NCBI GenBank assembly: GCA_963735595.1
Contig: CAVTLK010000005.1
Location: 416,001 to 480,000 of the forward strand
DNA from: an uncultured delta proteobacterium
GTDB lineage: Bacteria; Desulfobacterota; Zymogenia; Zymogenales; Zymogenaceae
Direction: 5' to 3'
Length of the DNA stretch: 64,000 nucleotides
In this document: piece by piece, positions 55,301 to 64,000 of the stretch
Numbering within the stretch: the first letter of the stretch is position 1
Layout: every line of letters starts with the position of its first letter
The notes under the pieces: generated by a model
Databases searched by the model: none
Told to the model about the DNA's origin: nothing
Seen by the model: the letters and a program-made list of their open reading frames with translations, nothing else
Program-made: the position numbers and the translations under genes

Positions 55301-57362
55301 CACGGAGACCGGCAACAATACGGGTGTCTTCCGCGGCAAGATCAAGACCAGGGCGCTTCCCCCCGGCTGGAGCACAAGCTATAACGATACGGTGCTGGAT
55401 ATCATCAACGGCTCGTTCGTAAACGTCAGATACGTCGACGACGATTTGAACGAGTTTTATGCCTACGATATCGGCAGCATCCTGACAATCCTGGACCAGT
55501 GCGTCGAGGGGATACGGTTCGTTGAAAACTACGCCAAGGCATCGTACGACGGGCTCACAGCCAACATGACGAATTTCGCGCTGGCCGATCCCGCGAGCTG
55601 GCGGGGGTTCTCAACCCTTAACATCACCAGGAGGACCCTCACCCCCAGTATCACACCGAGCGCTACGTGGATCAAATATTTGATGCTCCAGTTCTGCGAC
55701 GAGATGTACCTGTCGGGCTCGATCTACGCCCAGTATTTCTATAACGGGTCCGCGGTGTCCTTCCCGCCGTCCACGACGCCTGCCGTCAAGTGGAGAAACG
55801 TCGAATCCTTCGTGTGGGTCGACCTGGATGAGGATATCGTCGGGATCCCCGCATCCGAACAAAACTGGACAGACCTGTCGGTTTCGTATCGGTTCAAGAC
55901 CATGGGCGATCCCGATGACGTCGGTTACGGGAGCATCACGGCAACGATCGACGACTATTACCTTCCCGATATCGACAAGGGCGTCTATTTCCTCTTCAGG
56001 ACGGCGTCCTCCAACGTCACGATGACCGCACTTGACGGAGACCCGACGATGGACGTGCTCGACCGGGGCTACATCGCGGTATGGACCGAGGATGCCGAGC
56101 GGCAACCCGCTGGCCAGGCTCTACCGGTTTGACGGGATCGATCCAGGCAGCAAACCCCGTAACGGTGGAAGTGGTGCAGATGGGCGGGGACATCACGGGG
56201 ACGGATTTCACTGTCCCCTTCGACGACGGGGAGTATCACAAGGCCGAGATCGTCCTTGAGGGTAACGATTTCTATATCTACTTCGACGACGTATTGCTGG
56301 ACTTCGACGGTATGTCGGGCCCATCGGCCGTGGGCGGGTCTTCGGCCGTCGACAAGAACTACACGCACGGGAGCATCGGCTTCGGGGTCAAGGACGTTAT
56401 CGCCAAGTTCGACAACGTCCAGGTCTGCGGCTGCGCGCCGCTGCAGATCACGGCGTCGGACTTGACCTTCCCCGCCGAAACCGGCGTGACGCTCTCCCTG
56501 ACCGACACCATCTACGGACTGCCCGCCCCGGGCCCGGTGGACTGGCTTGTCACGCCGAGCGACAGCGGGACCTTCAGCAGTCAATCCGTCCACCGGGGCG
56601 ACCGTCGTCTTTACGAGAAGCCTTACGGGGGCCTTCCCGGACGAGTTTGACGCGATAGACGCCCTGGGGTGCATCGCGATGATGCTGCCGCCGCCGCCAC
56701 TGCCGACGTGCCTGACGCAGAACTTCGATGCAAGCGACTCGAGCCTCAGCAACACCGGTTTTGCATCATGGGTCGGGTCGTGGGTGATCGCTCAGGACGC
56801 TTCGAACGGCAACAGCAAGGGGATTCGCTATACCAGCATAAACTACAGCGGCGTCAAGCTGATCAGGGCATCGGCCGGTACGTACAGCGCCATTTGGAGC
56901 AACCATGATGCGGTAGACCTCTACGACGATTACACCGTTGAAGTCGACATACGGCCGACGAGTACGTCGTCCTCAGCCGGCCTCTTCTTCAGGAACGACG
57001 GTACGTCGAACGCCGGTTACTACCTGTACATTTCGAATGACGGCGGGGATACGCGGGTGAGGCTTCGTTACGACGGAAACCTGACGGACGTCGGCAGCTC
57101 CAGTACCCTGGATTCGGACACTACGTCATACTCGTACAGCACGTCTGCCGTCTATCACCTCAAGGTGACGGTCGACGGATCGACCATATCGTATGAGGTA
57201 TCCAAGACAAATATCGGATCGCCCACAACCTACCTCATCAGCAGCGGAACGGTCACGAACTCCACGCTCAAGACCGGCGGGCCGGGGTTCTGGCTCTACA
57301 ACGGCAGCAGCAACAGCTACAACGCCTACTTCGACAACTTCGAGATCTGTACGCTGCCGTAG
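52307..57362 (+). CDS. Giant PilW-like minor pilin with Ig-like and lectin-like domains (~1,680 aa, about 3 indels)
   Basis: G|FTIVEMLIAVV; four overlapping ORFs of the same Thr/Asp-rich composition, no internal signal peptides; terminator follows. The single-gene model is inferred. Confidence 0.7.
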
Positions 57363-57385
57363 CCGGTACCGATCGAACCAAAAGG

Positions 57386-57413
57386 AATGGGGGGCTACAG
57401 CCCCCCATTTTTT
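57386..57413 (+). terminator. Intrinsic terminator after the pilin cluster
   Basis: AATGGGGGGC-TACA-GCCCCCCATT followed by a T tract. Confidence 0.85.
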
Positions 57414-57436
57414 ATATGCCATGACGAAACTACCGG

Positions 57437-58336
57437 CTACCTGCCGGGCGCGGGAAGCGCGGCGTCCAGCCGCGCGGCGTCTTCCTCCAACTCCTTCCAG
57501 TCGATTCCCTTCTCGTCGTTTTCCTTCTGCACGATGAAGAAGGCGCAGTAGCCGTCGCCATTTGCCCTGCACGCAACCTCCCGGGACTCGACCGCTTTAT
57601 GCTCGAAGGTTTGGGAGAGGCACTCACCGATCCCCTCCAGGTAACTCTGGTGAACGACGCACTGCGGCCTGGCCGACGTGATCCCTTCGGCCTCGTAGAT
57701 GTTGGCGCACTTGAGGAAAAACACCCGCCGGTTATCCTTCCCCCTGCCGGTGACTGTCCGGGAAAGCCCCCACCCGTAGAGCGGAAACACGGACCCAAGC
57801 ACCGCGTCCATTGATCCGAGGGCAGGATCCAGCTCCTTCCAGCTATAGTCGGCAAGGGCCTTTTCGGCCACCGCGAACCCCCCCCGTTTTGCGACACTGT
57901 GGAGGATGGCCAAGGCGCCCCGATCGGTAAGTATCTCTCCCATCGCCTCCTTGAATTGCTGAAGCAGCCGGACGGTCTGAACCGTAAAGGCGGTGTTGCC
58001 GTACGCGGTGATCTCACGCGTGTCGGCAACCGGGACGAAGCCCGCCGGGATGGTTCCGTCGGCAAACCGGCACGGAAGGATGGCCTCATCATGGAACCGG
58101 GTAACGTCCGCAAGCGTCGGGTGTTCCAGCAAAGCGTCCGGCGCCCCGAGCTTCGTGAGCATGGAGCGAAAGACCATGGTCAGGGTGTCTTTTCCTCCAA
58201 CCAGCTCGATCTCGTCAAAAAACGCCTCCATGAACCCCTTGCGGGTCAGGATAACCCGATCCCTGCCGCTGCCCCCGTCGAGGTAAATAGCGCCGCCGGC
58301 GGGTTCCCAGGCGATCTCTCTTGCTGATGAAGACAT
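57437..58336 (-). CDS. Stand-alone V4R domain protein
   Basis: YGWG, PQC...YLEG, EVACRANGDGYCAF. Confidence 0.85.
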   Translation of the reverse strand: MSSSAREIAWEPAGGAIYLDGGSGRDRVILTRKGFMEAFFDEIELVGGKDTLTMVFRSMLTKLGAPDALLEHPTLADVTRFHDEAILPCRFADGTIPAGFVPVADTREITAYGNTAFTVQTVRLLQQFKEAMGEILTDRGALAILHSVAKRGGFAVAEKALADYSWKELDPALGSMDAVLGSVFPLYGWGLSRTVTGRGKDNRRVFFLKCANIYEAEGITSARPQCVVHQSYLEGIGECLSQTFEHKAVESREVACRANGDGYCAFFIVQKENDEKGIDWKELEEDAARLDAALPAPGR

Positions 58337-58470
58337 ATGATACCTCGAAATGATTGTTGAATGACCCTCGATTACGCATAGTTATATCAACGGAGGGCGA
58401 ATAGGAGTGTGAGCAATCTAACATAAATAGAACAATCCTTCAATCGAAAAGTGAGCGTCATTAACCCGAC

Positions 58471-58505
58471 AAAAAAAGGAGGGTGACCTGGTGTGGTCAC
58501 CCTCC
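58471..58505 (-). terminator. Intrinsic terminator after the aminotransferase gene
   Basis: Minus strand GGAGGGTGACC-loop-GGTCACCCTCC followed by T7. Confidence 0.85.
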
Positions 58506-58527
58506 CGGTATCGTCTGGGGCGTGTGG

Positions 58528-59763
58528 TTACCCGAAAACCCGCTTGACCTCTTTGAATGCCGCATCGGCGACGTCGATCGATTTCTCGATGTCTGCTTTT
58601 TCGTGGGCCGCCGATATAAACCAGTTATGGTGGGGGTGGAAGAAAACACCCCGCTTCATGGACTCTGCGGCAAACAGCTGATTCATGCGGAAGTCCTCGC
58701 CTCCCTTGAAAGTGATAAAGGGAATCGCAGCGGGGCCGGTTACCGAGATCTCGAGATCGTGGGCCTGGGCCATCTCCTCCAGCCCGGTCTTGAGCAGCTC
58801 GCCCATCTTCTTCATCTTTTCGATGGCCTTATCCCGCTTGAGAATCGTCAGAGTCGCCACGGACGCCGCCATAGGCTCCGCCGAAAACCAGTAGCTGCCG
58901 GTATAGAATACGTTGGACGCGCTGATACGCAGGTCATCCTTGCCCACCATTGCCGAGAGGGGGTACCCGTTGGCGATAGCCTTGCAGTAGCAGGAGATAT
59001 CGGGAGTGAACCCGAAGTATTCATGGGAGCCGGCCAGGTTGAGCCGGAACCCCGCCCGGATGTCGTCGAGGATCAGGACGATCCCTTCCCTGGTGCAGGT
59101 CTTGCGGACGCCTTCCCAGAACCCCTTGGGCGGCATTACCTGGTCGGCCCAGGTGGGATGGTGGTAGGGGGTGAAGATCGCCCCGGCGATGTCGCCCCGG
59201 TGCTCCTCGGCCAGCCGGTTGAATCCCTCAAGGTCGCCCCAATCGATGCTCAGGATGTGGGCGCGGTCTTCCGGCAGGACTCCGTTATGGTTTGCCTCGG
59301 TCCAGGGACCGGTGCCGTGATAGGCGCCCTTGGCGGTGATGATCTTCCTCTTCTTGGTATGCTCCCGGGCGATCAGGAGGGCGTGGTTGGTCATGTCCGC
59401 CCCGTTCTTGCCGAATACGACCCATTCGGCCATCGGGATGAGCTTTGTCATGAGCTCGGCAAGCTCCACCATTACCTCGCCCGGATGGTTGGTGCAGTTG
59501 GCGAGCTTGCGCTGTTTATCGGCGGCGGCGTCCACCTCGGGGTGGTTATGGCCCAGGACCATCGGCCCGTAGGCGCAAATGTAGTCGATATACTCGTTGC
59601 CGTCCACGTCCCAATACCGGCATCCCTTCGCCTTCGCGGTAAAGTAGGGTGAGGCCATCGGCCCGGCCATTACCGGGGTCAGGTGGCCGTATATCCCCTG
59701 GGGGATGACTTTTGCCGCCCGCTTGAAGAGCTGTATCGATTTCTTATATCTTTCTTCGGTCAT
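58528..59763 (-). CDS. Class III aminotransferase (HemL-like)
   Basis: DVDGNEYIDY, YGPMVLGH, LDDIRAGFR, CKAIANGYP. Confidence 0.9.
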   Translation of the reverse strand: MTEERYKKSIQLFKRAAKVIPQGIYGHLTPVMAGPMASPYFTAKAKGCRYWDVDGNEYIDYICAYGPMVLGHNHPEVDAAADKQRKLANCTNHPGEVMVELAELMTKLIPMAEWVVFGKNGADMTNHALLIAREHTKKRKIITAKGAYHGTGPWTEANHNGVLPEDRAHILSIDWGDLEGFNRLAEEHRGDIAGAIFTPYHHPTWADQVMPPKGFWEGVRKTCTREGIVLILDDIRAGFRLNLAGSHEYFGFTPDISCYCKAIANGYPLSAMVGKDDLRISASNVFYTGSYWFSAEPMAASVATLTILKRDKAIEKMKKMGELLKTGLEEMAQAHDLEISVTGPAAIPFITFKGGEDFRMNQLFAAESMKRGVFFHPHHNWFISAAHEKADIEKSIDVADAAFKEVKRVFG

Positions 59764-59813
59764 ACGTGCCTCCGTATTTATCGTAGAGTCCGGATTGCCC
59801 GGACGGTAAAGAT

Positions 59814-60569
59814 TTATTGGGTATATTCCCCTACCTTGAGCATAAGCTGCGAGAGCTGGTCGGCCATCGGCAGCGACCCTGAAAGGGTGACATCACCCAT
59901 CGGAATTGCGGCCATGAAATCGAGTTTGCCGACGAACATGTTGTAGGCGATGGTGTAGTCCCGGAACGACATGAACATATTGTAATCGCGGGGCCTGCCC
60001 TTTGCCGCGCGAAAATCGGTCTGTCTCTTGTCTATATAGACGGAGGGCTCGCCCTTTATCTCGAACTGGGCAATCCCGTTGGGGATCTTTGCCGCGACTT
60101 TCGGCCCCGCGTCCCGACCCACGACGGCCGCGCCAAGGGTCGCCGCGAACAAGAGGAGCGTCGCGGCAAGCTTCGTCTCTCCCGCGCTTAACGGCTTCTT
60201 CTGATTGGGGGCCATGTAGAAATTGAGCCGCTCGCCGAGCTTCGTGAAGGCGTTGACCAGCTTGAGGTTCCAGATACCCCAGATGGGCAGCGGCAGGGCA
60301 AACCCCTTATTTTTGAAGAGGTTGTTGAGCATCCGCACTGTCGGGAGAAACAGCGTAATGGAGCTCTTTTTCTCTTTACCCTGGGTAACGGTGATGGTCC
60401 CGTCCTTCATCTCGACCTGGGCTGCAAGACCCTGGGGCGCCCTGAAGGTGATGACGCCGGCCAGCCCCTTGATCGCCTTCTTTGACGCATCGTCGCCCTT
60501 GGGCAGTTCCTCGAAGAGAGGAAGGACGGCCTGCAAAAATATCCGGGCGGTGGTGAGTTCTTTTGACAT
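59814..60569 (-). CDS. Putative tandem SCP2-like domain protein
   Basis: Two SCP2-like halves; GKLDFMAAIPMGDVTLSG motif. Confidence 0.65.
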   Translation of the reverse strand: MSKELTTARIFLQAVLPLFEELPKGDDASKKAIKGLAGVITFRAPQGLAAQVEMKDGTITVTQGKEKKSSITLFLPTVRMLNNLFKNKGFALPLPIWGIWNLKLVNAFTKLGERLNFYMAPNQKKPLSAGETKLAATLLLFAATLGAAVVGRDAGPKVAAKIPNGIAQFEIKGEPSVYIDKRQTDFRAAKGRPRDYNMFMSFRDYTIAYNMFVGKLDFMAAIPMGDVTLSGSLPMADQLSQLMLKVGEYTQ

Positions 60570-60804
60570 AGATGCCTCCGAACAGGTAAGTGGGAAATTA
60601 CTCTATACCCCGGTGGTTCATGGGAAACCACCAATGTCCATCCTTTTTGCGGGCCCCCTCACATCCTTGTGACGGGGGATGCCCGGTTGTATCCCGGCGT
60701 TGTATCGACGCACTGCGGGATAGCCTGTATAGGCCGGGATACGCCGACCCCCGTTGCCGCGTGACGGAGGCAATCACCTGTCCGCCATGCAGTATTCAAC
60801 GCCG

Positions 60805-61629
60805 CTATTTCCCGGTGAAACGGGGTTTTCTCCTCTCGGAAAACGCCGCGATCGCCTCATAAAAATCCTCAGAGGGCAATATGTTGGCGCTCCGGTTGGC
60901 GACGTAGTCCAGGCCGTCGGCAACCGACTTATCCCGGCAGTAATTAATGACCTCTTTTGCCGCCATAACGGCCAGGGGAGACGAATCGGATATTTCCTGC
61001 GCCATCTCCTGGGCCGCGGCGTACAGCGCGTCCTTGTCGGCATAGACCTCGTTCAGTAGCCCGATCTCCTTCGCCCGGGAGGCGGAGATGTCCTTGGCGG
61101 TATAGGTGAGTTCCTTGGCGTGCCCTTCTCCGACGATCCGGGGAAGACGCTGGAGCGTGCCTACGTCGGCGACGATGCCGATCCGCGCCTCGCGAACCGA
61201 GAACTGCGCATCGGCGCTTGCCAGGCGGATGTCACAGGCGGTGATGAGATCAACACCCGCCCCGATGCACCAGCCGTGGACGGCGGCGATGACGGGCTTC
61301 CTGCATCGATCGACGCACGTCATGGATTCCTGCAGGCGGACGATATCCTTGACGAACTTGAACCGCTTGTTGCCCTGGACGTTCGGCTCGGTGAGGGCGG
61401 GCACCTCCGAGACCATCCCGACCAGGTCGATGCCGGTGGTGAACGCCTTGCCGCGCCCGGCAAGGATAACGACGCGCACGTCGTCATCGGTATCCAGTTC
61501 GCGCATGACGTCGATGATTTCTTTCCAAAATACGGGACCGCAGGCATTGAGCTTATCCGGGCGGTTCATGAATAACCACGCGATGTGATCTTTCTTTTCG
61601 ATCTCGAAGACCTTGTAGGACTGTGTCAT
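60805..61629 (-). CDS. Enoyl-CoA hydratase / dienoyl-CoA isomerase (ECH1-like)
   Basis: NRPDKLNA, FTTGIDL, CIGAGVDLITACDIR, ADVGTLQRLP. Confidence 0.93.
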   Translation of the reverse strand: MTQSYKVFEIEKKDHIAWLFMNRPDKLNACGPVFWKEIIDVMRELDTDDDVRVVILAGRGKAFTTGIDLVGMVSEVPALTEPNVQGNKRFKFVKDIVRLQESMTCVDRCRKPVIAAVHGWCIGAGVDLITACDIRLASADAQFSVREARIGIVADVGTLQRLPRIVGEGHAKELTYTAKDISASRAKEIGLLNEVYADKDALYAAAQEMAQEISDSSPLAVMAAKEVINYCRDKSVADGLDYVANRSANILPSEDFYEAIAAFSERRKPRFTGK

Positions 61630-61793
61630 GTGTGCTCCCCATCCAAAAGTGTCGGTGAAAAATACGAGCGGCTCTGTCAGAATCGGCTCGATGTATGCTG
61701 TTGTTTCCGGCGTTGTTTCCGCCGCCGTTACCGTCCGAATCGTCGAGAACGGGCGGCATCCTGACGCCGGGGTTCGTGCGTGCTGGCGAACGG

Positions 61794-64000
61794 CTATCGT
61801 TTCGCGAGCAGCCGCCGGATTTCGTCGGCCACGAATTCGGGGCTGGGGATCATCGCCGTTTCCAGGCCCTTCGCGTAGGCAATGGGGCATTCGGGGGCGG
61901 CGATCAGGACCGGCGCCCTCTTCAGGAGGCCCAGGCCCGCCCGGGCCGTCCGCGCGATCACCTCCGAGCCGATCCCCCCCGTGGCGCTCCCCTCCTCAAT
62001 ACAGACCAGCGTGCCCGTCTTCTGCAGCGAGTCAAGAACGGTCTTCATGTCAAGCGGATAGAGGGTTACCAGGTCGACTATCTCGGCCTGTATCCCGGCC
62101 TGATCGAGGAGCTTTGCCGCCTCCAGCGATACGCCCACGCCCAGGAGGTGCGTTACGATGGTTACGTCGTCGCCGCGCCGCACGATGCGGGCCTTGCCCA
62201 GCGGCAGCGTATAGTCTCCGTCGGGCACCACTCCTGTCTGGGGGTACAGCAGCTTGTGCTCAAAGACAATAACCGGGTTTTGTGAGCGGATCGCCGCCTT
62301 CAGTATCCCCTTTGCGGTATACGGGTCCGACGGCGCCACTGTTATCAGGCCGGGGATGCCGAAGAAGAAGCGCTCCATCGACTGGGAGTGCTGGGCGGCC
62401 ATGCCGATACCGCCGCCCACGGGCGTGCGTATGGTCAAGGGGACCGAGACCTGCCCGCCGGTCATGTACCTGATCTTGGCGGCCTGGTTCAGGATGGGGT
62501 CCATCGCGCAGGTCAGGAAGTCGGAAAAGAGGATCTCGGGGACGGGCACGAGCCCGGTGATCGCCGCACCCACCGCCCCGCCGATGATCCCGTTCTCGGA
62601 GATCGGCGTGTCTATGACCCGGTCGCTCCCGAACCGGTCGACCAGCCCCTCGGTAACGTTGAAGTAGCCGCCGAGGGTCACGTCCTCCCCCCAGATGAAG
62701 ACGCGCCCGTCGCGCTCCATCTCTTCGGCCAGGGCCTCGTTGATCGGCCTGCCCGACGGAAATGAGCCTGCCCTTCGGCTCGTCGAGAAAGCGCGCCCTC
62801 GAACAACGAACGGTCCTCGGGCGCGTATGTATGCTCGGTGAGGGTAGAGAGTGCCGGCTCCGGAGAGGCTTCGGCGGACCGCACCGCCGCGGCAACCACC
62901 GCGGCGGCTTCCTGCCTGACGGCGTCGATATCTTCCGGGGATGCGCCGCGCGCGGCAAGAAAGGCCGAAAACCGCTTGATCGGGCACTGCTTTCTTGTAT
63001 CGCTCTTTTTCCTCGGCGCTCCGGTAGCTCTCCGGCTCGCCCTCCATGTGCCCGTGCCAGCGGTAGGTCATGAGCTCCACCAGGCGCGGTTTCTTGTCCC
63101 GCCGAATCTTCCCGATGACGGCGCCGACCTTCTCGAAGACCTCCCGCACGTCGTTTCCGTCAGGCCCGGATTGCCTCGATATTGTAGGCGGCGGCCCGCT
63201 TATATATTTCGGGTAGGGCAGAGTGGCGCTCCACCGAGGTAAACTCGCCGTAGCGGTTGTTCTCGATGACAAACAGTACCGGAAGATTGAAGACGGCCGC
63301 CATATTGGCCGCCTCGTGGAACATCCCCTGGTTGACCGAGCCGTCGCCGGCGATGACGACCGAGACGTCGTCCCGCCCCTCTTTCTTGATGGTGAGCGCC
63401 GCGCCCATGGCAAGCAGGTAGCCGGCCCCGACGATCCCGTTGGCCCCAAGGATGCCCAATGCCGAATCGGTGACGTGCATCGAGCCGCCCTTGCCGGAGC
63501 ACAGGCCCGAGGCCTTTCCGTAGATCTCGGCCATCATACCGTTTATATCGGCCCCCTTGGCTATCACGTGGCCGTGCCCCCGGTGGGTGGTGTTGAGGTA
63601 GTCGGTGGGCCTCAAGTTCAGGCATACGCCGGCCGCCACCGCCTCCTGCCCTATGGACAGGTGTATGGCCTCCGTGGGGATCGCGCCCGCCCTGAACGCC
63701 GTCGAAAGGTGTTCTTCGAAGGCGCGGATAAGAGACATGGTCTTGAGTATATCGAGGTCCCGGGGGGCGGCCGGCTTAGCGGCCTTTGCCGGGCGGGGCG
63801 CCGCCTTCGGTGCGGTGTCGACCAATACAAGCGGCACGGAGCCCAGCGCCGCGAGATCATACCCCCGCTTCTTCAGCACGGGCAGCCAGGAAAAACGCCG
63901 CAGCTTTTTGACCTTCCGGACTCTGTTCCAAAAGGTCTCCCCTGCCGGCCTCCTGGAGGACCCCCGGATAGAGGGCAAACGCCGGTTTGAGGGCGGGCAG
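61794..64000 (-). CDS. Fused E1 alpha/beta TPP-dependent dehydrogenase with N-terminal extension (indels; 5' end outside window)
   Basis: GQEA, THRGHGH, GDGSVNQG...ENN, YRWHGH, then EEMERD..V...GEDV, DTPISE, AQHSQ. Confidence 0.88.

Noticed and set aside
58528..59763. hemL assignment
   Set aside because: HemL signature residues are altered and there is no tetrapyrrole context.

Overview
High-GC bacterial chromosomal segment, most likely from a Desulfobacterota/Deltaproteobacteria-like anaerobe (inferred from gene content). Contents in order: ftsK-lolA-rimO, dksA-apbE plus NusG-II and Gx-transporter genes, eno, ferredoxin, glpD, pncB, amrB, glgC, acyl-CoA catabolism genes, zur-znuACB, two-component genes, a sigma54-driven type IV minor pilin cluster, and the end of an SCP2/ECH/E1 catabolic cluster. 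About 15 genes, including enolase, are broken by single-base indels, which suggests unpolished long-read sequence rather than true decay. The best candidate for a novel system is at 12.2-13.2 kb. There, a small intact GIY-YIG nuclease gene sits inside one copy of a nested, covarying palindromic element (CGTCATTGCGAG...CTCGCAATGACG), next to two gene-less tandem copies. The same motif recurs 13 kb away in a near-perfect 124-bp tandem array. This resembles a REPtron/REPIN system that uses a GIY-YIG nuclease instead of a RAYT. The second highlight is a ~1,680-aa PilW-like minor pilin carrying Ig-like and lectin-like domains, in a cluster with no PilY1. All family calls come from motif recognition only; no database searches were run.
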